From the human T2T-CHM13v2.0 reference genome, Homo sapiens: a stretch of 64,000 nucleotides of DNA. The stretch is from NCBI RefSeq assembly GCF_009914755.1, contig NC_060930.1; one strand, 5' to 3'. Positions 1-12,326 of the stretch are shown here, one piece after another; the first letter of the stretch is position 1, and the number at the start of each line of letters is the position of its first letter. The position numbers and the translations under genes are program-made. The notes beneath the pieces are model-generated. The model did no database searches. It had not been told where the DNA came from and was given only the letters and a program-made list of their open reading frames with translations.

Positions 1-3000
1 TGAGCCAGTTGCAAAAGAAGAGAATCAAAGGAGCTTTGTATAAAGCTCCGATGCTATTTTCTTTGATATAACAAACAACACTCGATAACTTTAAGTCATA
101 ACATTAGGAAGTTATACAATATTTGAATAGACACAAACCAGAAAGTGCATTTCTAACTATATGTATTAAAATAAAATAAATGAAAATAAATGTGTCAGTA
201 AATTACTGAAACTCTAAGGAAAAGAATGCCTGAATCATTGCAGTAAGGCATAATAAATAGTATTTAATTGCATAGTACCTGTATTTTACAATTATAATGT
301 GCATAATATCAAACATTTTTAAATGTATTGGATGCCATTTATTTATATAAACATGAAAATAACTATAGGATTTTTTTTTGCCATGAGCTCTTAATCTCTT
401 CAATAGTTTATACATATGTGGTGGTGATTAGAAACCTAACACTCTCAATTGTAAAGCAACAATTGTTTTATCATTGAGGCCATTTATATTATTAATATTG
501 AGAATGCAATTGACATTGTGAATGTGCTTGATTAGATATTCCTCATCACAATTTCAATAAGGAAGTTCGCCATCCTTATGCCACTTCAATTATAAAGAAA
601 ATGAATTGAAAATAGAGAAATTTAACTCATAATGAAGAGCATGACTTAGAATTAATAAGGTTCTGACCTACAGGGTTTTTTTATCTCCTCATATTTTCCA
701 GCCTATTTTATTAATATCAGCTTCCTAATCTTAATGTTACTATGAAGAATGCTTTATTCTTCATAAAATTTCATTAAATGCATATTAAAAAAGAAATATA
801 TTTTTGTTCTCTTTTTAATTTTAGTCTAATCCCATTAACAAGAGTAAACCACTATTAAATTTGTTGGTTTATTTTCTTATAGCTTATTTAATACACATCT
901 GCACAAATACAAATTTCATCCTGGCCCAACTGGCCATCAAAACTCTGATTAAACTTGGTCTTAAGTTAAATCCTCATACTAACAGAGCCACTCTGTGAAT
1001 TCCAAATCCATTCTTCCACATGTTTCTCTTTGGATCCTTGCTTCGGTGTCCCTGTCTGTTTCAATTTATCCCTGGGCCAGGTAGGTCACAGGCTTTGGAA
1101 ATTTTAATGTTTCCATCAAACCAAATCAAATATGCTAAGAAAATTTCATGTTAAATGCTAAATGAGAATGGGGATGGATGACATCAAATACCACATCACC
1201 TTTTGCCATCTAAATGGCTCCCCTCCCTTATGCTTTCTGCTGCTTGGGAAAGCCTCTGCTCCTGATATATAATATTTTCTAGTGTCTGTAACACTCTGGG
1301 AGGTAAAATCAATTTCTGAGGGAGCAGTCCTGGAATGACTTCTAACATTTTCAGCACCTCAGAAAACACATAAAAATTAATTTTTTACAAGTGGATAAAT
1401 ACATACAAATATCTAAAACCAAATAATAGAATGATACAGGTGCTTTTCACAAAACATTTTAACTTGAGCATTTTCAATATGATTAATAACCTTCAAAAAC
1501 AAGGCCAAATGGATTCATCTTTTATTATATGGATACACTATACTTTTTAATATTCTTGTTGTTTAATTTGATTAATTTTCCTTTACAATAAATAATATTA
1601 TAATGAACATTTTATATGCATGTTTTATATAATCTTTTAAATTTACTTTAGATATTTCTAGATACTGAATTATTACCGGTTGAAAAATTTCAGGCACATA
1701 CTGCTGAACTGCCATTCAGTGGACTTATTACAAGTCATATTTTCCCTGGATACATGTGAACATACTGTCTCAATTTTCCTTTGTGATACAGAAATATAAA
1801 CTGCGTATGCTTTTATGTTCTGTGATATGAAAATATCAAATGATATCTTCATAGTGCCTTAAATAATATTTCATTAATTTTTTGACAGTTTGGATTACCA
1901 ACTGTAGTAAGATGGCTGAATAGGAACAGCTCCACTCTGCAGCTCTCAGCAAGACTAACACAGAAGGCAGGTGATTTCTAATTTCTGTATTTCCAACTGA
2001 GGTACCCTGTTCATCTCATTGGGACTGGTTAGGCAGTGAGTGCGGCCCACCAAGGGTGAGCAGAAGCAGGGTGGGGCATTGCCTCACCTAGGAAGTGTGA
2101 GTTTACATAAGGGGTCAGGGACCTCCCTACCCTAGCTAAGGGAAGCCATGAGGGTTTGTGCCATGAGGGACTGGGCTATCTGGCCCAGATACTACACTTT
2201 TCCCATGGTTTTTGCAATCCGCAGACCAGGAGATTCCCTCGTGTGTCTACATTCCCCGGGCCCTGGGTTTCAAGCACAAAACTGGGAGGCTGTTGGGGCA
2301 GACACTGAGCTACCTGCGGAGTTTTTTTTTTTTTCGTACCCCACTGATACCTGGAACTCCAGTGAAAGAGAACCATTTACTCCCCTGGAAAGTGGGCTGA
2401 AGCCAGGGAGCAAAGCGGTCTGGCTCAGCTGGTCCCACTCCCTTAAGTCCAGCAAGCTAAGAACCACTGGCTTGAAATTCTCACTGCCATCACAGCAGTC
2501 TGAAGTCGACCTGGGATCATCAAACTTGGTGGGGATGGGGTATCCGCCTTTACTGAGGCTTGAGTAGGAGAGTTTCCCCTGACCCTTCTAAAGACTGGGC
2601 GGAACGCATCACAGCACAGCAAAGCTGCTATAGCCAGACTGCCTTGCTAGATTCCTCTTCACTGGGTAGGGCATCTCCGAAAGAAAGGCAGCTGCCCCAG
2701 TCAGGGGATTATAAATAAAACTCCCACCTCCCTAGGACAGAGAACCTGGGGGAAGGGCCGGCTGTGGTCGCAGCTTCAGTGGACTTAAGCATTCCTGCCT
2801 GTCAGCTCTGAAAAGAGCAGTGGATCTCCCAGCACAGCGCTCCAGCTCTGCTAAGGGATAGACTGCCTCCTCAAGTGGGTTCCCTGACCCCTGTGCCTCC
2901 TGACTGTGAGAGACCTCCCAACAGAGGTCGACAGACACCTCGTATGGGAGAGCTCTGGCTGGCATCTGGTGGGTGCCCCTCTGGGACGAAGCTTCCAGAG

Positions 3001-3242
3001 GAGGGAACAGGCAGCAATCTTTTCTGTTCTTCAGCCTCTGCTGGTGATACCCAAGCAAACAGGGTCTGCAGTGGACCTCCAGCAAACTGCAGCAGACCTG
3101 CAGAAGAGGGGCCTGACCATCAGAAGAAAAACCAACAAACAGCAAGCAATAACATCAAAGTCAATAAAAAGGATCCCCACACACAGAAACCCCATCAAAA
3201 GGTCATCAGCCTCAAAGGTCAAAGGTAGATAAATCCATGGAG

Positions 3243-4253
3243 ATGAGGAAAAACCAGCAAAACAATGCTGAAAATTCCAAAAACCAGAATGCTTCTTCTC
3301 CTCCAAATGATCACGACTCCTCTCCAGCAAGGGCACAAAACTGGACAGAGAATGAGTTTGATGAACTGACAGAAGTAGGCTTCAGAAAGTGGGTAATAAC
3401 AAACTCCTCTGAGCTAAAGGAAGCAATGCAAGGAAGCTAAGAACCTTGACAAAAGGATACAGGAATTGCTAACTAGAATAACCAGTTTAGAGAAGAACAT
3501 AAATGACCGGATGGAGCTGAAAAACACAGCATGAGAACTTTGTGAAGCATACACAAGTATCAATAGCTGAGTTGCTCAAGCAGAAGAAAGGATATCAGAG
3601 ATTGAAGATCAACTTAATGAAATAAAGCGTGAAGACAAGATTACAACAAACAGAATGAAAAAGAACGAACAAAGCCTCAAAGAAATATGGGACCATATGG
3701 GAAGACCAAAGGTATGATTGACTGGGGTCCCTTAAAGTCATGGGGAGAATGGAAGCAAGTTGGAAAACACTTCAGGATATTATCCAGGAGAACTTCCCCA
3801 ACCTAGCAAGACAGGCCAGCATTCAAATCCAGAAATACAGAGAATGCCACTAAGATACTCCTTGAGAATAGCAACCCCAAGACAAATAATTCTCAGATTC
3901 TCCAAGGTTGAAACAAAGGAAAAAATGTTAAGGGCAGCCAGAGAGAAAGTTCAGATTACCTACAAAGGGTAGCCCATCAGATTAACAGTGGGTCTCTCTG
4001 CACAAACCCTACAAGCCAGAAAAGAGTGGTGCCCAATAGTCAACAATCTTAAAGAAAAGATTTTGCAAACCAGAATTTCATATCCAGCCAAACTAAGTTT
4101 CATAAGTGGAGGAGAAATAAAATCCTTTACAGACAAGCAAACGCTGAAGGATTTTGTGACCACCAGGCTTGACTTACAAGAACTCCTGAAGGGAGTACTA
4201 AATATAGAAAGGAAAAACTGATACCAGCCACTGCAAAAACATACTAAAATATA
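3243..4253 (+). pseudogene. L1 ORF1p remnant (stops and frameshifts)
   Basis: ORF fragments MRKNQQNNAENSKNQ, TPRQIILRFSKVETKEKMLRAAREK and ISYPAKLSFISGGEIKSFTDKQ lie in different frames; in-frame stops at 3970 and 4219. Confidence 0.93.
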
Positions 4254-4317
4254 AAGACCAACGAAACTAAGAAGAAACTGCATCAACTAATGTGCAAAAT
4301 GACCAGCTAGCATCATA

Positions 4318-7300
4318 ATGACAGGATCAAATTCACACATACCAATATTAACATTAAATGTAAATGGGCTAAATGCCCCAATTCAAAGACACAGAATGGC
4401 AAGTTGGATAGAGTCAAGACCCATTGGTGCACTGCATTCAGAAGACCCATCTCATACGCAAAGACATGTATAGGCTCAAAATAAAGGGATGGAGGACTAT
4501 TTACCAACAAATGGAAAGCAAAAAAAGCAGGGGTTGCAGTCCTAGTCTCTGATAAAACAGACGTTAAACCAAGAAATATCAAAAAAGACAAAGAAGGGCA
4601 TTACATAATGGTAAAGGGATCAATGCAACAAGAAGAGCTAATTATCCTAAATATATATGCACCCAATACAAAAGTGCCCAGATTCATAAAAATAAATTCT
4701 TAGAGGCCTACAAAGAGACGTAGACTCCCTCACAGTAATAGTGGGAGACTTTAACACTCCACTGTCAATATTAGACAGATCAATGAGACAGAAAATTAAC
4801 AAGGATATTCAGGACTTGAACTCACCTCTGGACCAAGCAGCCCTAGTAGATATCTACAGAACTGTCCACATCAAATCAACAGAATATACATTTTTATCAG
4901 CATCACATAGCACTTACTCTAAAATCAACCACATAATTGGAAGTAAAACACTCCTCAACAAATGCAAAAGAATGGATGCAAATGTAAAAAAACAGCCTCT
5001 TAGACCACAGTGTAATCAAATTAAAACTCAGGATTAAGAAAGTTACTCAAAACCACACAATTTTGTGGAAACTGAACAACTTGCTCCTCAATGACTCTTG
5101 GGTAAGTAACAAAAATAAGGCAGAAACAACAAAGTTCTTTGAAACCAATGAAAACAGACAACGTACCAGAATCTCTGGGAGAGAGCTAAAGCACTATTTA
5201 CAGGGAAATTTATAGCACCAGATGCCCACATCAGAAAGCAGGAAAGATCTAAAATTGACACCCTAACATCACAATTAAAAGAAATAGAGAAGCAAGAGCA
5301 AACAAATTCAAAAGCTAGCAGAAGACAAGAAATAAGTAAGATCAGAGCAGAACCGAAGGAGATAAAGGCATGAAAAACCCTTCAAAAAATCATTGAATCA
5401 AGGAGCTGTTCTTTTGAAAAGATTAAAAAAATAGATAGACCACTAGCCAGTCTAAAAAAGGAGAAAAGAGAGAAAAATCAAACAGACACAATAAAAAATG
5501 ATAAAGGGGATATCAACACCGATCCCACAGAAATAAAAACTACCAACAGAGAATACTATAAGCACCTCTATGCAAAAACAAAACAAAACAAAAACTAGAA
5601 AATCTAGAAGAAATGGATAAATTCCTGGACATATACATCCTCCCAGGAGGAAGAAAATCCGTAACTAAACCACGAAGAAGTCAAATCGTGAATAGACCAA
5701 TAAAAAGTTCTGAAATTGAGGCATTAATTAATACCCTACCAACCAAAAAAAGCCAAGGACCAGACGAATTCACAGCTGAATTCTACCAGAGGTACAAATA
5801 GGAGCTGGGACCATTCCTTCTGAAACTATTCTAAACAATAGATAGACAAATGCGATCTAATTAAACTAAAGAGCTTCTGCACAGCAAAGGAAACTATCAT
5901 CAGAGTGAACAGGCAACCTGCAGAATGGGAGAAAAGTTCTGCAATCTATCCATCTGACAAAGGGCTAATATCCAGAATGTACAAAGAACTTAAACAAATT
6001 TACAAGACAAAAACAATCAACCTCATCAAAAAGTGTGTGAAGGATATGAACAGGCACTTCTCCAAAAGAAGACATTTATGCAGTCAACAAACATATGAAA
6101 AAAAGCTCATCATCACTGGTCATTAGAGAAATGCAAATCAAAACTACAATGAGATACCATCTCATGGCAGTTATAATGACGATCATTAAATGTCAGGAAT
6201 CAACAGATGCTGGAGAGGATGTGGAGAAATAGGAACGCTTTTACACTGTTGGTGGGAGTGTAAATTAGTTCAATCATTGTAGAAGACAGTGTGGCGATTC
6301 CTCAAGGATCTGGAACTAGAAATAACATTTGACCCAGCAATCCCATTACTGGGTATATATCCAAAGGATTATAATTCATTCTACTATAAAGACACATGCA
6401 CACAAAAGTTTATTGTGGCACTGTTCACAATAGCAAAGACTTGGAACCAACCCAAATGCCCATCAATGATAGACTGGATAAAGAAAATGTGGCAAATATA
6501 CACCATGGAATACTATGCATTCATAAAAAAGGATGAGTTAATGTTCTTTGCAGGGACATGGATGAAGATGGAAACCATCATTCTCAGCAAACTAACACAG
6601 GAACATAATACCGAACACCACATGTTCTCACTCATAAGTGGGAGTTGAACAATGAGAACACATGGAGACAGGGAGGGGAACATCACACACCGGGGCCTGT
6701 CAGGGGGTGGGGGACTAGTGGAGGGATAACATTAGGAGAAATATATAATGTAGATGACAGGTTGATGGGTGCAGCAAAACACCATGTCACATGTATACTT
6801 ATGTAACAAACCTGCACATTCTGCACATGTACCCCAGAATTTAATGTACAATAATAAAAAAGATAAACAAGAAAAAATAAATAAATAAAATAAAACAGAA
6901 AAAAAAGAGAGGGACTCCTCCCTAACTCATTTTATGAGTCCAGCATCATCCTGATTCCAAAACCTGGAAGAGACACAATGAGAAAATAAAATTTCAGGCC
7001 AATATCACTGATGAACTTCGACGTGAAAATCCTCAATAAAATACTGGCAAATGGAATCCAGCAGCACATCAAAAAGCTTATCCACCACGACCAATTTGGC
7101 TTTATCCATGGGATGCAAAGATAGTTCAACATATGCAAATCAATAAACACAATCCATCACATAAACAGAACCAATGACAAAAGCCACATGATTATCCCAA
7201 TAGATGCAGAAAAGGCCTTCGACGAAATTCAACACCGCTTCATGCTAAAAACTCTCAATAAACTAGGTGTTGGTGGAACATATATCAAAATAATAAGGGC

Positions 7301-9230
7301 TATTTATGACAAACCCATAGCCAATATCATATTGAATGGGCAAAAGCTGAAAGCATTCCCTTTGAAAACCGACACAAGACAAGGATGCCCTCTCTCACCA
7401 CTCCTGTTCAACATAATGTTGGAAGTTCTGGCTAGAGCAATCAAGCAAGAGAAAGAAATAAAGGGTATTCAAATAGGAAGAGAGAAAGTCAAGTTGTGTC
7501 TGTTTGCAGAATACATGATTGTATATTTAGAAAACCCCATCGTCTCAGTCCAACAACTCCTTAAGCTGATATGCAACTTCAGCAAAGTCTCAGGATACAA
7601 TATCAATGTGCAAAAATCACAAGCATTCCTATACACCATTAACAGACAAGCAGAGAGGCAAATTATGAGTGAACTCCCATTGAGAATTGCTACAAAGAGA
7701 ATAAAATACCTAGGAATACAATTTACAAGAGATGTGAAGGACCTCTTCAAGGAGAACTACAAACCACTGCTCAAGGAAATAAGAGATGACACAAACAAAT
7801 GGAAAAAAACATTCCATGCTCATGGACAGGAAAAATCAATATTGTGAAAATGGCCATACTGCCCAAAGAAATTTATAGATTCAATGCTATTCCCATCAAT
7901 CTTCCATCGACTTTCTTCACAGAACTAGAAAAAAATACTTTAAATTTCATATGCAACAAAAAAAAGGCCATATTTCCAAGACAGTCCTAAGCAAAAAGAA
8001 CAAAGCTGGAGGCATCATGCTACCTAACTTCAAACTATACTGCAAGGCTACACAGTAACCAAAACAGCATGGTACTGGCACCAAAATAGATATATAGACC
8101 AATGGAACACAACAAAGGATTCAGAAGTAACACCACACATCTACAAGCATCTGAGCTTTGACAAACATGACAAAAACAAGCAATGGGGAAAGAATTCCCT
8201 ATTTAATAAATGGTTTTGGGAAAACTGGCTAGCCATATGCAGAAAACTGAAACTGGACCTCTTCCTTACACCTTATACAAAAATTAACTAAAGGTGGATT
8301 AAAGACGTAAATGTAAAATTTAAAACCATAAAAACCCTAGAAGAAAACCTAGGCAATACCATTCAGGACATAGGCATGGGCAAGTACTTCATGACTAAAA
8401 CACCAAAAGCAATTGCAACAAAAGCCAAAATTGACAAATGGGATCTAATCAAAATGAAGAGCTTCTGCTCAGCAAAAGAAACTGTCCTCAGAGTGAACAG
8501 GCAACCTACAGAATGGGAGAAAAATTTTGCAAACTATCCATCTGACAAAGGGCTAATACCCAGAATCTACAAGGAAGTTAAACAAATTTACAAGAAAAAA
8601 ACAACCTCATCAAAAAATGGGCAAAGTTTATCAACAGACACCCATCAAAAGAAGTCATTTATGCAGCCAGCAAACATATAAAAAAAAGCTCATCATCACT
8701 GGTCATTAGAGAAATGCAAATCCAAACCACAACGAGATACCATCTCATGCCAGTTAGAATGATGATCATTAAAACGTGGAAATAATAGATGCTGGCGAGG
8801 ATGCGGAGAAATAGGAATGCATTTACACTTTTGGTGGGAGTGTAAATTAGTTCAACCATTGTGGAAGACAGTGTGGTGATTCCTCAAGGATATAGAACTA
8901 GAAATACCATTTGACCCAGCAATCCCATTACTAAGTATATACCCAAATGATTATAAATCATTCTACTATAAAGAAGCATGCACACGTATGTTTATTGCAG
9001 CACTATTTACAACAGCAAAGACTTGGGACCAACCCAAATGCCCATCAATGATAGGCTGGATAAAGAAACTGTGGCACATATACACCATGGAATATTATGC
9101 AATCATAAAAAAGAATGAGTTCATGTCCTTTGCAGAGATGTGGATGAAGCTGGAAACCATCATCCTCAACAAAGCAACATAGGAACAGAAAAGCAAACAC
9201 CACATGTTCTCACTCATAAGTGGGAGTTGA
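4318..9230 (+). pseudogene. L1 ORF2p (endonuclease/reverse transcriptase) remnant, split by insertion at ~5843-6906
   Basis: ATG ACA GGA TCA AAT TCA CAC start; GDFNTPLS (EN); [18 protein letters not shown]; catalytic FADD motif mutated to FAEY; many frameshifts. Confidence 0.93.
5843..6906 (+). mobile_element. 5'-truncated L1PA7/8-like element nested in ORF2 of the older L1
   Basis: Host ORF2 breaks at ...aaacaataga, jumps to the ORF2 3' end plus a distinct 3' UTR (ggagaaatatataatgtagatgacagg) and poly(A), then resumes at gagggactcctccc. Confidence 0.88.
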
Positions 9231-10274
9231 ACAGTGTGAACACATGGAGATAGGGAGGGAAATATCACACACCGAGGCCTGTCGGGCAGAGTGGCAGGAA
9301 GGAGAGGGAGTGTATTAGGACAAATACCTAATGCATGTGGGGCTTAAAACCTGTATGACGGGTTGATAGGTGCCGCAAACCACCATAGTACATGTATACC
9401 AATGTAACGAACGTTTACATTCAGTACATCTATCCCAGAACTTAAAGCAAAATAAAATAAAATTTAAAAATTTGAGACAGTTTGAACATTTAAAATGTGT
9501 ATTTACCTTTATTTTCATTTATATCTAAAGATTATCTATACAATATATTTTCTAATTTTATTTGTTCTTTCCCTTTAAAAATTAACAATATAACTCACAT
9601 ATAGTTTTGCATGAAGAAACAAATACACCCCACCATGAAAGAGGATTTATTAATTTCTTAATTTTAAGAATTTTAAAAATCAGAATTTTATGATTTCTGA
9701 TTTTAAGTTTTAAGGTCTGTTTTACATAAAAGTAAGGTAGGCATCAACTGGTTTCTGGTTAGTATTTCTCTCAATTTTTTCCATCATTTTGTTTCAATAA
9801 AGACATTTTATTTCATATTATCTCATGTGAACAGTACATACCTCTATTATGATTATGTTTATTTCTAATATAAATTTAGGTGGGTAATCACTGGTTATTG
9901 TTGTCTTTTTAAAAATTATTTTGATGCACAGAAGTTTTTAAACTTAATTAAGTTCAATAAACCAATTAATTTGTGCCCTATCTAACAAAGTTTAGTCTAA
10001 TACATGGTCATGAAGAACCTCATCCTTTGGTGTTTTTTTTTTTTTTTTTTTTGCTCCATTTTATTCTCAAGAAGTTTTATAAATTTCTCTTTAACTCTCA
10101 GGTTTATGCTTCATGTCAAATTAATTATTGTGTGGTTTGACGTAGGGGATATGGACTCACTTTTTTTCCATGTGTGTTGTGATAAGATGTTCCTTTGTTA
10201 GTTAAATTATCTTAGTGTTTCTGAGGGAATTCAACAGAAATTTCCCCGTGGATCTATCTTTGAAGTCTCCTTTC

Positions 10275-10277
<3 letters not shown>

Positions 10278-10329
<52 letters not shown>
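10278..10329. repeat. (TG)26 microsatellite
   Basis: Perfect dinucleotide run. Confidence 0.98.
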
Positions 10330-10331
<2 letters not shown>

Positions 10332-10353
10332 CTTCTAGTTCATCCTTATGCTA

Positions 10354-10800
10354 TGTATTAGTCAAGGTTCTCTAGGGGGACAGAACTAATAGGATAGATT
10401 TATATGAAAAGGGGAGTTTATTAAGGAGTATTAACTCATACTATCACAGGGTCCCACAGTAGGCTGTCTGCAAGCTGAGGAGCAAGGAAGCCAGTCTGAG
10501 TCCCAAAGCAAAGAACTTGGAGTCCAATGTTCGAGAGCAGGAAGTATCCAGCACAGAACAAAGATGTAGGCTGGGAGGCTAAGCCTGTCTAGCCTATTTA
10601 TGTTTTTCTGCCTGCTTTATATTTTGGCTGTGCTGGCAGATGATTAGATGGTGCCCACCTAGATTAAGGGTGGGTCTCCCTTCCCCAGCCCACCAACTCA
10701 AATGTTAATCTCCTTTGACAACACCCTCACAGACACACCCAGGGTCAATACTTGACATCCTTGAATCCAATCAAGTTGACCCTCAGTATTAAGCATCACA
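10354..10800 (-). mobile_element. MLT2A-type (HERV-L) solo LTR
   Basis: TG...CA termini, 447 bp; reverse complement begins tgtgatgcttaatactgagggtcaacttgattggatt (MLT2A-like); 5-bp TSD tgcta at 10349-10353 and 10801-10805; AATAAA on minus at 10417-10422. Confidence 0.9.
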
Positions 10801-12211
10801 TGCTAGTACCACATTGCCTTGATACTCTAGCTTGAAAGTAACTCTTGAAATCAGGTTGGTAAAATCCTTCAGATTTGCTGTTATTTTTGATTGCTTAGCT
10901 ATTTGAAGTCCTTTGACGTTTCATATCAGTTTTATAATCAGCTTACCCATTTCTACAAAACATTTGTTAATATCAGTAAGAAGAAAGGACATCATAAAAT
11001 ATTAATTTTTCTATTTCATAAATATTTTATAACTTTATTTATAGGGCATATTCCATTTCCCTCTAATCTTTTTTTTAGTTTTCAGCATAGAGATCTTAGC
11101 CACATTTTGTTAAATGTTTTCTGAAGTGTTTTGAGACAATTATAATCATACTTTATTTCACTTTTATAGTATTAATTTTTAGTGTCATGTCTTAATTAGT
11201 TGTTGCCATATTACAGAAGCACTATTGGTTTCTAAAAAGTTATAATGAATCCTGGAATTTTGCCATATTTAACTTCTTAGTTCTACTTTTTAATTTTTAT
11301 AGCATTCCAATGAATAGTAATGAGGAATGCTTATCAAAACCATACCATTTTATTTATTCTATCTTCATGTTGTATTTATTTTTCTTGCCTTATTTCTCAA
11401 AAAAATTATTTTTTGAAAAAAAAAAGCTTTGCGGAAACATTGGAAGTTCCCTTTGTACTCTCCCTGATTTCATTCTCCCATCTACCTCCCTATAGTTTGC
11501 CTTTCAGATAAAGCTGGTGTGTGTAATCCTCAAGTTTATAAAATTTTAAAATTCAATATTTTTATATTTGTAAGTATTAATACATATAGCTATTGTCTAT
11601 TCATTTTAACTAGTTTTTATAATTCCATTGTGAGACTACACCATGATGAATTTGTCCGTTCTCTTATTTACCAGGTTTAGTTTCAGATTTGAAGTGAAAA
11701 TTCCTGTGTATGTCTCTCTCAGTAAATATCTGATAATTTCTCTAATAGACATACCTACAAGTAACATTGCTAGGTTGTGGAATATCCCTTACCATGTGTA
11801 GTACAGACATTTTGTATTTGTAAAGTAATTTCAAAAACTATTCACTAAAAAAGCATATTTTGTGGACCCTAACAATCAACCACTAGACTGATTTTATTTC
11901 TCATCTAGTTAAAGAGCTTAAAGTATTAGTAACTGGGGTTTTATATACTAAGAAGTATATCACCAGGCCTCAATTAGCTTTATACTTACTTTATAATAAA
12001 AACACCTCCTAGAACATTTATTAATTCCCTCCCAACATAATTCTTATAAATTAAAACCCCTATTGCTAAGCTTTACATAACTCACATTTAAATATAGATA
12101 TAAGGATATGTTTCTCTGGCTAAGATTAATAAGAGCATTTGAAATATAGACTAACTGAGTCTATTGTATTTTGAAGGGCTAACTTATGTTGCCATGTATT
12201 AAATTACTTAC

Positions 12212-12326
12212 TTTGAATCTTCCAATTATATTGAAACACCATTCTTCATTCAGACAGTTGATGCTGAGCAGTTTACAGTGGTCAATTGCTTTCTCACAGT
12301 TTTTTTCAGTAAATCCTGATATACAG
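12212..12326 (-). CDS. EYS: EYS coding exon (exon 8, c.1185-1299); EGF-like repeats
   Basis: gtatttacag|C TGT ATA TCA GGA ... AGA TTC AAA|gtaagt; 115 nt; (S)CISGFTEKNCEKAIDHCKLLSINCLNEEWCFNIIGRFK; completes the AG/C Ser codon begun in the previous exon (phase 2 to 0). Confidence 0.96.

Larger units (their letters stand above)
1893..9470 (+). mobile_element. Full-length inactive LINE-1 (L1PA10-like 3' UTR), interrupted by a nested L1
   Basis: 5' UTR aagatggctgaataggaacagctcc at ~1909; ORF1 and ORF2 remnants; 3' UTR ggacaaatacctaatgcatgtggggcttaaaacc; A-rich tail; shared flanking gacagtttg at 1884-1892 and 9476-9484 (degenerate TSD). Confidence 0.95.
9890..11310 (-). mobile_element. Old L1M (L1MC/ME-type) fragment interrupted by (TG)n and the MLT2A LTR
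   Basis: T-rich antisense L1 ORF2 3' motifs (ttttgatgcacagaagttttt, tcttgaaatcagg...ccttc, agagatcttagccacattttgttaaat); boundaries approximate. Confidence 0.6.

Noticed and set aside
7188-7847. 219-aa reverse transcriptase ORF as an active RT
   Set aside because: Catalytic FADD is mutated to FAEY and the surrounding ORF2 is frameshifted and interrupted
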